64,000 bases of DNA from Blastocatellia bacterium (GCA_963765495.1 CAVXWP010000002.1:416001-480000), one strand, 5' to 3'; shown: positions 38,392 to 48,669, counted from the first letter of the stretch. Numbers and translations are program-made. Notes: generated by a model from the sequence alone, not told the origin.

Positions 38392-39579
38392 CTATTCAAT
38401 GACCTCGGAGATAGTGCCTGCTCCTACCGTTCGCCCTCCCTCTCGGATCGCGAACCTCAACCCCTTCTCCATCGCTATCGGCGTGATCAATTCCACTTCC
38501 AATGCACTGTTGTCTCCTGGCATCACCATCTCTACTCCTTCTGCCAACTGCGCCACTCCCGTCACATCCGTCGTACGAAAGTAAAACTGCGGCCGGTACC
38601 CGCTGAAAAACGGCGTGTGTCGCCCTCCCTCTTCCTTCGTCAAGACATACACTTCCGCCTTGAACTTCGTGTGCGGCGTGATCGACCCCGGTTTCGCTAT
38701 CACCTGCCCTCGCTCTACCTCTCTTCGCTCCACTCCTCTCAACAATAGCCCCACGTTGTCTCCTGCCATCCCAGAGTCCAACAACTTCTTGAACATCTCC
38801 ACTCCCGTCACCACCGTCTTGCGAGTCGGCTTCATCCCCACTATCTCTACATCCTCTCCTACCTTCACCTGCCCTCGCTCGATTCGCCCTGTCGCCACCG
38901 TACCTCTCCCGCTGATCGTGAATATATCTTCCACTGGCATCAAAAACGGCTTGTCAACCTCTCGCTCCGGCTGCGGAATGTAGCTGTCTACGGCTTCCAT
39001 CAACTCGTCTATGTTCTTCTCCCAGTCCCCTTCTCCGTTCAACGCTCCCAAGGCCGATCCTCTCACCACTGGAATGTCGTCCCCTGGAAATCCATAACTC
39101 GATAGCAACTCTCTTACTTCCAACTCCACCAGGTCCAGCAACTCCTCGTCATCTACGGCATCGACCTTGTTCATAAAGACGACCATCGCTGGCACGCCCA
39201 CCTGTCGGGCCAAAAGTATGTGCTCGCGAGTCTGAGGCATTGGACCGTCTGTGGCTGCAACGACAAGGATCGCCCCGTCCATCTGAGCCGCGCCCGTGAT
39301 CATGTTCTTGATGTAATCGGCGTGGCCCGGGCAATCGACGTGAGCATAGTGACGGTTGGCCGTCTCGTACTCAACGTGAGCAGTGGCAATCGTGATACCG
39401 CGAGCCTTCTCTTCGGGTGCGTTGTCGATGGAATCGAAGGACCGGAAGGTGATCTTAGGGTTATGCTTAGCAAGCACCTTGGTGATAGCAGCGGTCAAAG
39501 TGGTCTTGCCGTGGTCGATGTGTCCGATGGTGCCGACGTTGACGTGCGGCTTTGACCTGTCAAATTTCTCCTTGCCCAT
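38392..39579 (-). CDS. tuf: Elongation factor Tu (tRNA-cluster copy)
   Basis: Protein identical to the 19716-20903 copy; canonical Thr-Tyr-Gly-Thr-tuf context. Confidence 0.99.
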   Translation of the reverse strand: MGKEKFDRSKPHVNVGTIGHIDHGKTTLTAAITKVLAKHNPKITFRSFDSIDNAPEEKARGITIATAHVEYETANRHYAHVDCPGHADYIKNMITGAAQMDGAILVVAATDGPMPQTREHILLARQVGVPAMVVFMNKVDAVDDEELLDLVELEVRELLSSYGFPGDDIPVVRGSALGALNGEGDWEKNIDELMEAVDSYIPQPEREVDKPFLMPVEDIFTISGRGTVATGRIERGQVKVGEDVEIVGMKPTRKTVVTGVEMFKKLLDSGMAGDNVGLLLRGVERREVERGQVIAKPGSITPHTKFKAEVYVLTKEEGGRHTPFFSGYRPQFYFRTTDVTGVAQLAEGVEMVMPGDNSALEVELITPIAMEKGLRFAIREGGRTVGAGTISEVIE

Positions 39580-39610
39580 ATCTCTCCTGTATGTAGCTTG
39601 AGTCGTAGGC

Positions 39611-39685
<75 letters not shown>

Positions 39686-39708
39686 CTCGGTCACACTCAA
39701 GAATATAA

Positions 39709-39783
39709 TGGAGCGGGAGACGGGACTCGAACCCGCAACACCTAGCTTGGAAGGCTAGTGCGCTACCATTGCGCTACTCCCGC
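39709..39783 (-). tRNA. tRNA-Gly(TCC)
   Basis: gcgggag...ctcccgctcca; anticodon arm ctagc-ctTCCaa-gctag. Confidence 0.97.
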
Positions 39784-39792
39784 CCTTAAAAA

Positions 39793-39831
39793 TTCAAATC
39801 TCAAACTTCTGATCTCAAATCTGAGATTTCA
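39793..39831. repeat. AATCTCA 7-mer element between tRNA-Tyr and tRNA-Gly
   Basis: ttcaaatctcaaacttctgatctcaaatctgagatttca. Confidence 0.7.
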
Positions 39832-39834
39832 GTA

Positions 39835-39922
39835 TGGTGCTGGGGGTAGGATTCGAACCTACGTAGAGCCTAAGCCCGTCGGGTTTACAGCCCGATGCCA
39901 TTAACCACTCGACCACCCCAGC
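39835..39922 (-). tRNA. tRNA-Tyr(GTA)
   Basis: gctgggg...cccagcacca; anticodon arm tcggg-ctGTAaa-cccga; long variable arm. Confidence 0.96.
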
Positions 39923-39976
39923 ACTCGTGGCAGCCTCAATATTTATTATCAAGCCTGCGCTTAAATCACACAACTC

Positions 39977-40052
39977 TGGAGCCGGTGAAGGGATTCGAAC
40001 CCCCGACCCTCTGATTACAAATCAGATGCTCTACCAACTGAGCTACACCGGC
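39977..40052 (-). tRNA. tRNA-Thr(TGT)
   Basis: gccggtg...caccggctcca; anticodon arm tctga-ttTGTaa-tcaga. Confidence 0.97.
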
Positions 40053-40089
40053 ACACGGGGAAGAAAATCCCCTTCTCCACAAAGGGACA

Positions 40090-40118
40090 ATAATAAGCAA
40101 ACGGATAAAAGATTGCAA
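40090..40118 (-). promoter_or_regulatory. Sigma70 promoter of the tRNA-tuf operon
   Basis: Minus strand TTGCAA-17 nt-TATTAT. Confidence 0.7.
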
Positions 40119-40182
40119 GAGGGAAAAAGAGATTCTTGCGGGCGTGACCTTGTCCGACTCTCTTTGCTATGATTGACCTCCT

Positions 40183-41112
40183 ATGCGACAAATCGCCCTG
40201 GCGATAGTACGGCGGTTACTGGTTCTCCTTCCGGTCCTCTGGGCCGTCGTCACACTTGTATTCCTTCTGATTCATATAGTTCCAGGCGACCCGGCAGTCT
40301 TGCTGGTGGGCGAAAATGCCACTCAGGAGCAAATTCAGGTCGTCCGTCATGATCTCGGCCTTGATAAACCGCTCATCGCGCAATACGGCGATTACTGGAA
40401 AGGATTGGTGAGAGGCGATTGGGGTGTCAATCCCGTGACTCGGCAGCCCGTGCTCGCCCGCATAGCTACCAGATATCCGGCTACGATAAAGCTGGCTCTG
40501 GCTGCGATGTTTATCGCCACGCTTTTTTCGATCCCGCTTGGAGTGACGGCAGCAACTCATCGCGGCAGCTTCGTGGACAGTCTTTCGACGCTTGTTGCGC
40601 TCCTCGGTATCTCGCTTCCCAGCTTCGCTCTTGGCCCGCTCCTTATCCTTCTATTCTCAGTAGAGTTAGGCATTACGCCCGTATCCGGCGCAGGCGGCCT
40701 CGACAATTTGATACTTCCCGCAGTGACGCTCGGCGCGGCTCTTTCGGCGATACTGACGAGGATTGTACGCTCAAGCGTTCTCGAAGAGCTTGGAGAAGAT
40801 TACGTTCGGACCGCCCGGGCCAAGGGATTATCTGAAAAAAGAGTCATCTATAAACATGTGCTGAAGAATGGATTGATCCCCGTCGTCACGGTGCTTGGTT
40901 TACAGTTCGGGGTCTTGCTTGCGGGGGCAATAATCACCGAGCGCGTATTTTCCTGGCCGGGCATCGGAAGCCTGCTTGTCGACAGTATAAGCGAGCGCGA
41001 TTATAAACTGACGCAAGGCTGCATCCTGGCTATCGCAACTACGTATGTGCTGGTAAATACATTGACTGATATCTTTTACCGTTTCCTCGATCCGAGGATC
41101 AAGGTTGATTAA
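40183..41112 (+). CDS. Peptide/nickel ABC transporter permease (DppB/OppB family)
   Basis: PGDPA, LGLDKPL..QY, EAA loop EDYVRTARAKGLSE, TERVFSWPGIG. Confidence 0.93.
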   Translation: MRQIALAIVRRLLVLLPVLWAVVTLVFLLIHIVPGDPAVLLVGENATQEQIQVVRHDLGLDKPLIAQYGDYWKGLVRGDWGVNPVTRQPVLARIATRYPATIKLALAAMFIATLFSIPLGVTAATHRGSFVDSLSTLVALLGISLPSFALGPLLILLFSVELGITPVSGAGGLDNLILPAVTLGAALSAILTRIVRSSVLEELGEDYVRTARAKGLSEKRVIYKHVLKNGLIPVVTVLGLQFGVLLAGAIITERVFSWPGIGSLLVDSISERDYKLTQGCILAIATTYVLVNTLTDIFYRFLDPRIKVD

Positions 41113-41155
41113 GGAGGCAGGCCGTTTTATTGACCCTGTCTACAAACATTAAATT

Positions 41156-41968
41156 ATGAACCGAGTAGCAAAATTCGGATTTGTAGCAGTTGGTCTGCTG
41201 GTATTACTTGCGGTACTGTCGCCCTTGCTCGCCTCGTGGGACAGGGTCCAGAGCCAGGACCTTGGCGCACGCCTGGAATCGCCGGATGCCGCGCATCCGA
41301 TGGGGCGCGACCAGTTGGGACGCGACGTTTTAGCCCGGATAATTTACGGCGCAAGAATTTCTATGCTTGTAGGCATCTCGGTCGTCGGGTTGTCATCCAT
41401 CGCGGGCGTATTGATTGGAGCGATTTCAGGCTATAAGGGAGGATGGACAGACCGAATCATTTCGGGCTTTCTCTTTAATGTCTTTCTCTCCTTTCCGGGC
41501 ATACTTCTGGCCATCGCTATGGTAGCTTTCCTCGGGCCGAGTCTTAAGAATTTGATCATTGCCTTATCGGTGATCGGATGGGTCGGCTATGCCCGGCTTA
41601 TGCGAGCCCAGGTACTGAAGGTTCGCGAATATGATTTCGTCACCGCTGCCCGCGCCCTCGGAGCAAGCGATATAAGAATAATACTCAAACACATATTGCC
41701 AAATTCCATCCAACCCCTGATCGTTCAGGCATCGCTTGGCATGGCGGGCGCTATTCTTGCCGAAGCCGGATTGAGTTTCCTGGGTCTGGGAGTGCCTGAG
41801 CCAATTCCCTCCTGGGGAAAGATGATTGACGATTCACGCGAATTCTGGTTCACCGCCCCGCACCTGTTTATCTTTCCCGGCATAATGATCGCCATCTCGG
41901 TTCTTGCCTTCAACTTTATCGGAGACGGATTGCGCGAGCGCCTCGACCCGAGACAGAGGAAGGGATGA
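41156..41968 (+). CDS. Peptide/nickel ABC transporter permease (DppC/OppC family)
   Basis: HPMGRDQLGRDVLARIIYGARIS, FVTAARALGA, HILPN, EAGLSFLGLG, FNFIGDGLRE.LDPR. Confidence 0.93.
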   Translation: MNRVAKFGFVAVGLLVLLAVLSPLLASWDRVQSQDLGARLESPDAAHPMGRDQLGRDVLARIIYGARISMLVGISVVGLSSIAGVLIGAISGYKGGWTDRIISGFLFNVFLSFPGILLAIAMVAFLGPSLKNLIIALSVIGWVGYARLMRAQVLKVREYDFVTAARALGASDIRIILKHILPNSIQPLIVQASLGMAGAILAEAGLSFLGLGVPEPIPSWGKMIDDSREFWFTAPHLFIFPGIMIAISVLAFNFIGDGLRERLDPRQRKG

Positions 41969-42083
41969 GGGATGAGGGATGAGGGATGAAAAGGACTCTG
42001 AGGAACTATTCTGATAAAGAGCGAGTCACTATTAATCAAGCTGACACGGCAAATTCTTTTTCATCCCTCATCCCTCATCCCTT
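41960..42083. repeat. (GGGATGA)n inverted repeat spanning two convergent stop codons
   Basis: agggatgagggatgagggatgagggatgaaaa ... tttttcatccctcatccctcatccctt. Confidence 0.92.
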
Positions 42084-43143
42084 CCTTTGTTTCTCTGTTT
42101 TCCAGAACATCAATGATGGCCTGCACGGTTCGCCCGGCCATTCCCGTATCGGGGTCTTCGGAAAGACGGCTCTCTCGCGTGCCCGATGCGAAGTGATGAA
42201 AGAGACGCAGCCGGTCTCTTAATCTCGGGTCGCGCAGCGGGCTTTCCGACGGCAGAGGCTCTTTCTCAAATACGTCAAGCGCCGCGCCGGCTATAGAGTC
42301 GTTCAACAATGCTTCGTATAAAGCGCCTTCATCCACTACCGGGCCGCGCGAGGTGTTAATCAAATAGGCTGTCGGCTTCATACGGTTGAAAACTTCCGCA
42401 TCTATAAGGTGATGGGTAGGCGCATCATTTTGACCGGGCATTATCAAAGGCACATGCAGGCTCACGAAATCGGCTCGCTCAATGGCTTTATCAAACGACA
42501 TGTACGCTACAGTGCGCCGCTTGCGTGAAAAGCCCGCTTCAAATCTCAACTGCATCTCGCGGTCGGCGAATTCGACAAATTTCTCATCCCGCCTTCGAGG
42601 GCTGTAGAGCAGCAGGTCCATGTCGAGTCCGATGCATTTTCGCGCAAATGCTTTCCCGATTCGCCCCGCGCCTATGACCGCGACGGTCTTCCCCGTCACC
42701 TCGTCTCCGAGGAAGGGGTGGAAGGGGTGCCACGCGCCCCAGCGATTCTCTTCAACCAGCTTCTCCGAAGAGTAAAGCTTGCGAGAGAGCGCGCCTAGCA
42801 TAAACAGAGCAAATTCCGCCGTGGCTTCTGTCAACACATCAGGCGTATTGGTAAAGGGTATCCCGTAACGATTGGCTGCCTCGCGGTCGATGTTGTCAAC
42901 TCCTACGGCGTATTGCGCGACCACGCGCAAAGTGCTCGCTCCTGCTGCAAAGACCTCTTCATCGATCTGATCGCGCAATGTCGTTATGAGCCCGTCAATA
43001 CCGCTTCTCACTTTTTCGATGATCAGAGATTTCGGCGGCGCTTCCCTCTGCGGATAAACCTCAACCGAATACCCGCGCTCTCGCAATCGACCGAGCGCAT
43101 CACCTATATCTGCGGTCGCATAGATTTGAATTTTTCCCTTCAT
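42061..43143 (-). CDS. D-2-hydroxyacid dehydrogenase (glyoxylate reductase/D-glycerate dehydrogenase family)
   Basis: AVGVDNID, TNTPDVLTEATAE, GAGRIG, SLHVPL, LINTSRGPVVDE, LDVFEKEP. Confidence 0.92.
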   Translation of the reverse strand: MKGKIQIYATADIGDALGRLRERGYSVEVYPQREAPPKSLIIEKVRSGIDGLITTLRDQIDEEVFAAGASTLRVVAQYAVGVDNIDREAANRYGIPFTNTPDVLTEATAEFALFMLGALSRKLYSSEKLVEENRWGAWHPFHPFLGDEVTGKTVAVIGAGRIGKAFARKCIGLDMDLLLYSPRRRDEKFVEFADREMQLRFEAGFSRKRRTVAYMSFDKAIERADFVSLHVPLIMPGQNDAPTHHLIDAEVFNRMKPTAYLINTSRGPVVDEGALYEALLNDSIAGAALDVFEKEPLPSESPLRDPRLRDRLRLFHHFASGTRESRLSEDPDTGMAGRTVQAIIDVLENRETKEGMRDEG

Positions 43144-43303
43144 AACCATCTCCGCAAGCTTTCAATCAATTCGTGCCTACATCTTGAACTCCGTCCGAAT
43201 CGGGCGCAAGTGCGATTGCCGCCTGATGACAAGATATAGTTGGAGGTCAACCGAGCATCGCTATTAGTTGTGCAATTTTCTATCTCCTCGAATCACTTTT
43301 TTC

Positions 43304-43332
43304 TTGACACGAAAGCAGATAAATCTTACTAT
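43304..43332 (+). promoter_or_regulatory. Consensus-like sigma70 promoter
   Basis: TTGACA-17 nt-TACTAT. Confidence 0.8.
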
Positions 43333-43366
43333 GCCGGTAACACCGGAAAGGAGGTGGTCCAAAGCA

Positions 43367-43405
43367 ATGATAAGTTTCAGACCAGGTGAGGTGGCTGAGG
43401 CCTGA
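43367..43405 (+). CDS. Candidate 12-aa peptide MISFRPGEVAEA
   Basis: ATG at 43367 preceded by gaaaggaggtggtcca; TGA at 43403-43405. Confidence 0.45.
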   Translation: MISFRPGEVAEA

Positions 43406-43539
43406 GCGTGGCCAGCCGCATGCGTGCGGCCTACGGAGGAGAAATCCTCTTATCTTATTATTCTTTCGCTGAAAGCAGGATCAGCACGCTCATTCCAGTA
43501 TTTGCGGATAGGCTACGGGCCAATCCCAACAGTCCACCG

Positions 43540-43597
43540 CAAGCCCCGACGTAGAGCATCGGTTCAATCCGGGTAGCCGCGTCGGGGCTTGTTTCTT
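43540..43597 (+). terminator. Intrinsic terminator
   Basis: caagccccgacg...cgtcggggcttg 12-bp stem followed by tttctt. Confidence 0.7.
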
Positions 43598-43664
43598 CTA
43601 TAAGGCAACCCGACACGTATCACCATTCATCGTCATTTTCGTCGGAAGTTTTCTCAAAAACCGG

Positions 43665-43694
43665 CTTGCCCTGATCTATTGGGCAAGGTAAAGT
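43665..43694 (+). promoter_or_regulatory. Putative OPT-gene promoter with overlapping inverted repeat
   Basis: TTGCCC-17 nt-TAAAGT; cttgccc-N9-gggcaag overlaps the -35 and the spacer. Confidence 0.5.
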
Positions 43695-43753
43695 AGCTTC
43701 GGACAACATCCCGCGCATTTTCGTGATTAAACACTTTTTCGGAGGTCTTCTTA

Positions 43754-46321
43754 ATGTCATCTGAAACCGCTGATGGTTCCAATCGGGTTGCCACTACAAA
43801 CGAATACCCGGATATGGTTGGAGCCAAGCCTGAAAACCCCTTCCTCGCGACATTTCGCCCTTACATCCCGGCCGGAACCACGATTAGAGAGTTGACCATA
43901 CTCCCATTGATCATAGGCACGCTCTTAGGGATAGTATTCGGGGCTTCGTCGTTGTATCTGGTTTTGAAAGTCGGCTTGACTGTGAGCGCTTCAATTCCCG
44001 TAGCGGTCATTTCGATAACGCTGTTTCGCCTGCTTTCAACAGTGGGGTTCAGAAATGCTACGATCCTTGAAAACAACATAGTCCAGACGGCAGGCTCGGC
44101 GGGCGAGTCCATCGCTTTTGGCGTGGGTGTAACGATGCCCGCCATCATGATTTTGGGATTCGATCTGGAATTCACTCGCGTGATGCTTGTCGCCGTGCTT
44201 GGTGGGCTGCTCGGAATTCTGATGATGATCCCGCTGCGCCGCGCCCTGATTGTCCAGCAACACGGTCTGTTGAAGTACCCGGAAGGAACAGCCTGCGCCG
44301 AGGTCTTGAAGGCCGGAGCCTCGGAGGAATCGCGCGCCGCCGCATCCGAAGAGGCGAAGGCTCAATGGGCCGAGGCGGGCGAAGGCTCGCAGATCGGCGC
44401 GAAGACCATCTTCACGGGATTTGGCATCGGCTTTATTTATCAGGTAGCGATGGTGGCCCTCAAAGCCTGGAAAGATGTCCCCGAAAAGATATTCGGCGCG
44501 CCTTTCAAGGCCGGGTCCATCGCGGCAGAAATTTCCCCGACCCTGCTCGGCGTAGGCTATATAATCGGGCCTCGCATCTCTTCGATCATGTGCGCGGGCG
44601 GCGTGCTGGCTTACCTTGTGCTGATCCCCGCGATCAAATTTTTCGGCGAAGGTATGACCGGCGTAGTTCCACCCGGAACCATGCCGATAAGCGAGATGGG
44701 GCCTAACGAAATTCGCGGCGCTTATGTGCTCTACATCGGCGCGGGCGCAGTCGCCGCGGGCGGAATCATCAGCCTCTTTCGATCACTTCCCACTATCTGG
44801 CACGGACTCAAAGGCGGCCTCAGCGATCTGAGGGGAGGACAGGCGGCGACCGATGCCGCGCCTCGAACCGATCAGGATATTTCGATGAAGTGGGTCATCG
44901 GCGGCATCATCGCGCTTGTCATATCGATAATGCTTGCTCGATCACTTCATATGAACTTTCTGGGCGCGGTAATGATAGTGGCTTTTGGATTTCTGTTTGT
45001 TACCGTCTCAAGCCGTTTGACCGGCGAGATCGGCTCATCGTCGAACCCGATTTCGGGAATGACGGTCGCTACCCTGCTTTTGACCTGTTTGATCTTTCTG
45101 GTGATCGGGTGGACCGGGCCGCTTTATTACGTCACAGCCCTTTCCGTTGGCGCGATAGTCTGCATAGCCGCATCCAACGGGGGCACCACGTCACAGGATT
45201 TAAAGACGGGCTTTCTGGTCGGAGCCACACCCAGGTATCAGCAGATCGCCATTCTTATAGGCGCGCTCGGATCGGCTCTTGTCCTCGGACCGATTCTGCT
45301 TAATCTCAACAGCGCCTCTACGGTCTTTGTGCCGCGCACCACCTTCGAGCAGGCAACAAAGGTTGAGGGTCAGATCGATCAGGCCAGACTTTCAACTCTT
45401 CCACCTTATACGGGAGATTTCAAACCCGACCAGCCGGGCAATTACCGGCTCTTGAGCTACGCGGCAGGCGAAGCGACTGCTCCTCCCGTGCCCGGGCTTG
45501 AGCCGGGCGATTATCTCGTCAACCAGACGGGGCAGGTCGTCTACAAAGTGCAGCACACGTTCCCCGAGGAGCTTCGCGCTCCTCAGGGACTGCAACAGAC
45601 CGAGAAACTCGAAGGGCCACAGGCTCAGACCGACACCAATACATACTTTGTATGGCAAAAGACCGATAGCGAAGGCGGACCCGAAGGCCGGTATCTGGTC
45701 AACAATCAGGGCGTGCCTGTGTATCTGGTTGATCCGGGCATCAACGGAACGCACAGGACCAGACCCGACGGAACCTCGGTGAATAAATTCGACGCGCCAA
45801 AGGCTACTTTGATGTCATACATCATCAAGGGGATTCTCAACCGCCAGTTGCCCTGGGGGCTTGTATTGCTGGGCGTAATGATTGCGATAGTGCTTGAAAT
45901 GTCGGGCATTCCGTCTCTGGCCTTTGCCGTCGGAGTCTATCTGCCGCTCTCTTCCTCAAGCCCGATCCTGATAGGCGGATTTGTGCGGTGGCTCGTCGAC
46001 ATCGGCCTGAGAAAGAAGTTCAAAGACAAAAACCTGACCGAAGAAGAGTTCGTGGCCGAAACAGACAAAAGCCCCGGCGTGCTGATGGCATCAGGCTACA
46101 TCGCGGGCGGCGCGATAGCCGGTATAGTTATAGCTTTTATGGCCGGGATACTGACAAACGCAAACAAGTCTATCGAAGACTGGGCCGGGGCGAACAATCC
46201 GTTTTTCTCAGGGCCCAATGCCAACCTGCTGTCGATGATCCCCTTCATCATATTGACCGTAGTGCTTTACATGGTAGGCCGTGAATGGCTTTTGGCGGGT
46301 AAGCCGCAGAAGGCGAAATAA
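43754..46321 (+). CDS. OPT-family oligopeptide transporter
   Basis: [78 protein letters not shown]. Confidence 0.95.
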   Translation: MSSETADGSNRVATTNEYPDMVGAKPENPFLATFRPYIPAGTTIRELTILPLIIGTLLGIVFGASSLYLVLKVGLTVSASIPVAVISITLFRLLSTVGFRNATILENNIVQTAGSAGESIAFGVGVTMPAIMILGFDLEFTRVMLVAVLGGLLGILMMIPLRRALIVQQHGLLKYPEGTACAEVLKAGASEESRAAASEEAKAQWAEAGEGSQIGAKTIFTGFGIGFIYQVAMVALKAWKDVPEKIFGAPFKAGSIAAEISPTLLGVGYIIGPRISSIMCAGGVLAYLVLIPAIKFFGEGMTGVVPPGTMPISEMGPNEIRGAYVLYIGAGAVAAGGIISLFRSLPTIWHGLKGGLSDLRGGQAATDAAPRTDQDISMKWVIGGIIALVISIMLARSLHMNFLGAVMIVAFGFLFVTVSSRLTGEIGSSSNPISGMTVATLLLTCLIFLVIGWTGPLYYVTALSVGAIVCIAASNGGTTSQDLKTGFLVGATPRYQQIAILIGALGSALVLGPILLNLNSASTVFVPRTTFEQATKVEGQIDQARLSTLPPYTGDFKPDQPGNYRLLSYAAGEATAPPVPGLEPGDYLVNQTGQVVYKVQHTFPEELRAPQGLQQTEKLEGPQAQTDTNTYFVWQKTDSEGGPEGRYLVNNQGVPVYLVDPGINGTHRTRPDGTSVNKFDAPKATLMSYIIKGILNRQLPWGLVLLGVMIAIVLEMSGIPSLAFAVGVYLPLSSSSPILIGGFVRWLVDIGLRKKFKDKNLTEEEFVAETDKSPGVLMASGYIAGGAIAGIVIAFMAGILTNANKSIEDWAGANNPFFSGPNANLLSMIPFIILTVVLYMVGREWLLAGKPQKAK

Positions 46322-46406
46322 TGCGTGATGCGTGATGCGTGACTTTCAGGCAGTTTGCTTTTAATTGATGATTGCCTATTTTCACGCATTACGCATTACG
46401 CATCAC
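46319..46406. repeat. GCGTGAT 7-mer inverted repeat between convergent genes
   Basis: taatgcgtgatgcgtgatgcgtga ... tcacgcattacgcattacgcatcac; starts at the OPT stop codon. Confidence 0.9.
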
Positions 46407-46414
46407 ACAGAAAT

Positions 46415-46822
46415 TCATTGATCTCTTCGCCTGTTTTCGCGGGCTTTTTTGAGTTTCTTCAAAAACTTCCTCAACGACTTTCCGGTTCTCACACCGCGTT
46501 CGATACCCTGCTCCACCTCGTCAATGATATCCGGCTGCGGCGCGGGCTCTACAGGACGGGCTCTGGCCTCCGGCTCAACCTGCGGCTGTGACGTGTTTTC
46601 GTTTTGAACGGGTGGGACGGGGGGTTCATACGGTTTCGTTTGTACCTCAGATGTCGGAGTCGAAGGCGATATAATCGAGCCCAGCCCGATGCCTCCCAGC
46701 CACCCGGCTCCCAGCCCCAGGGCGGCGATGATGACCATCGCTATTATCCTGATAACCCACTGCGTTTCTCTTTCCAGTTTTATGGGTTCGACCTCTTGTT
46801 TTTTTGTAGTCCATCTCGCCAT
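46415..46822 (-). CDS. Hypothetical membrane-anchored protein
   Basis: 135 aa: hydrophobic segment, Pro/Glu-rich middle, basic C-terminus; fills the gap between OPT and nadB. Confidence 0.6.
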   Translation of the reverse strand: MARWTTKKQEVEPIKLERETQWVIRIIAMVIIAALGLGAGWLGGIGLGSIISPSTPTSEVQTKPYEPPVPPVQNENTSQPQVEPEARARPVEPAPQPDIIDEVEQGIERGVRTGKSLRKFLKKLKKARENRRRDQ

Positions 46823-46992
46823 AGCAGTCTCTATCTTTAAAAGTATGCCCTGTTAAACGTTGCAACGAGCGTGCCCGTGCAGGGCTACGAAAAGCGTTCA
46901 AATTCAGCGCACACGCTCGCCGTAAATGACGGGTTCTCGTACAAACCTATGCTTCAATGAGGGCAACCCGGGGGCAGTTGAGGCTTTCGGAA

Positions 46993-48537
46993 TCAGACCT
47001 GGACGGTCAATGAATCGCCTCGTTTCTGGAGCGTGTGACCGCGATAATGCTCGTTGTCCCGATCAGGGTAATCGCTGCGATAGTGCGCGCCGCGCGATTC
47101 GCGTCTTTCAAGCGCGGCCTTGGCAACAAGGCGCGCAAGCGTGACAAAATTCCACGACCTCGTATTGAGCGGGCGCGCTCCTATCTCTTCAAGAGAGACA
47201 AGCGCCTCTTTCAACGAGCCTTCGTCACGCACTATACCAACATTATCCCACATGATTCGTTTGACTTCGGCGCGAGTCCCGTCATCAATTCGCCAATCGG
47301 CCTCCGCGCCATAATCCCAATCGGGGGGTTCGGCTTTTACGATTTCCGAGGGGGCTTCTTTGGAGGCGGTTTCGCCTGCGCGCGCCCCAAAGACAAGACC
47401 TTCGAGCAACGAATTCGACGCAAGGCGATTTGCTCCGTGAACACCCGTGCACGCGACTTCGCCTGCGGCGTAGAGACCCGCAATCGACGTACGCCCAAAG
47501 GTATCGGTGCGGACGCCGCCCATTGTGTAGTGCGCCGCGGGGCTTACCGGGATCAGATCGCGTGAGATGTCTACGTTATACAGCAGGCAGGTGTTATAGA
47601 TTTTCGGGAAACGCTCTCTGACAAATTCACGGTCAAGGCTCCGCATATCGAGCCAGACATGATCGGCAGCGGTTCGCTGCATCTCAAAGTGAATCGAGCG
47701 GCTGACTATGTCACGAGGCGCAAGCTCGGCCCTCTCATCATAGCCGGTCATAAATCGCTCGCCCAGGTCATTGATCAGGATTCCGCCCTCTCCGCGCATC
47801 GCCTCCGACAACAGAAAACGCGGAGCGCCCCGCACGGCAAGCGCCGTGGGATGGAATTGAATAAACTCCATATCGGCTATCACGGCTCCGGCTCTGTAGG
47901 CCATCGCCTGCCCGTCTCCGGTCGCCACATCGGGGTTGGTAGTGTGATGGTAAAGCTGACCCGCGCCTCCCGTTGCAAGCACGACCGCGCGGCTATAGAG
48001 AGCGCAGATTCGATAATTTTTCGGTTCGACGTAAGTGACTCCTACGCACTGTCCATCGCTTACGATGAGAGATTGCGTGCAGGCGTGCGGCAGGTATTCG
48101 ATGTTCGAGTAAAGTTTTGACCAGGCTACGAGGGCACGCACTATCTCGCGGCCCGTAGCATCGCCGCGTGAATGAAGGATACGTGAGCGCGAATGCGCCG
48201 CCTCTCGCGTAAAGGCAAGGTGGTCTCCTGCGCGATCAAACTCCGCTCCGTGCTCGATCAACTCGATGATGTAGCGCGGCCCTTCTTCAACAAGCGTGTG
48301 AACCGCCTCTTCGTCGCAGAGTCCCGCCCCGGCATCAATGGTATCCTGAAAATGGAGGTCGATATTATCGTCATCGCTCAGGACCACGGCGACGCCTCCC
48401 TGAGCATATTCCGTGTTCGATTCTGTAATTTGATCTTTGGTCAGCACGGTGACGCGCCCAAAGGGCGCAAGCGCCACGGCTGCGCGCAGACCCGCGATCC
48501 CGCTCCCCACTACGATGAAATCTGTTTGATCTGGCAT
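46993..48537 (-). CDS. nadB: L-aspartate oxidase
   Basis: VVGSGIAGL, SNTEYAQGGVA, REAAHSRSRILH, DMEFIQFHPT, GVHGANRLASNSLLEGLVFG, RRESRGAHYRSD. Confidence 0.96.
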   Translation of the reverse strand: MPDQTDFIVVGSGIAGLRAAVALAPFGRVTVLTKDQITESNTEYAQGGVAVVLSDDDNIDLHFQDTIDAGAGLCDEEAVHTLVEEGPRYIIELIEHGAEFDRAGDHLAFTREAAHSRSRILHSRGDATGREIVRALVAWSKLYSNIEYLPHACTQSLIVSDGQCVGVTYVEPKNYRICALYSRAVVLATGGAGQLYHHTTNPDVATGDGQAMAYRAGAVIADMEFIQFHPTALAVRGAPRFLLSEAMRGEGGILINDLGERFMTGYDERAELAPRDIVSRSIHFEMQRTAADHVWLDMRSLDREFVRERFPKIYNTCLLYNVDISRDLIPVSPAAHYTMGGVRTDTFGRTSIAGLYAAGEVACTGVHGANRLASNSLLEGLVFGARAGETASKEAPSEIVKAEPPDWDYGAEADWRIDDGTRAEVKRIMWDNVGIVRDEGSLKEALVSLEEIGARPLNTRSWNFVTLARLVAKAALERRESRGAHYRSDYPDRDNEHYRGHTLQKRGDSLTVQV

Positions 48538-48588
48538 GACTATCTAGGATTTTAGCAAGCCTACCGACTCGCCACAATAGACTGTTTC

Positions 48589-48669
48589 TAATGCGTGGCG
48601 CGTGATTCGTGATTCGTGAAAAAGGCAATTACCAATTATCAGCCAATCGTCTGAAGGTCACGCATCACG
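48589..48669. repeat. GTGATTC/GCGTGAT 7-mer inverted repeat
   Basis: taatgcgtggcgcgtgattcgtgattcgtgaa ... tcacgcatcacg, 3 nt after the receptor-gene stop. Confidence 0.75.

Larger units (their letters stand above)
43339..43597 (+). ncRNA. Candidate structured small RNA/mini-mRNA (family not recognised)
   Basis: Own promoter and terminator; extended 16S-complementary tract; helix tgagcgtg(43403-10)/cacgctca(43485-92) encloses several hairpins. Confidence 0.6.

Noticed and set aside
43346-43361. Fragment of a 16S rRNA gene on the minus strand
   Set aside because: The similarity is confined to 16 nt, and the flanks show no other 16S or ITS sequence.
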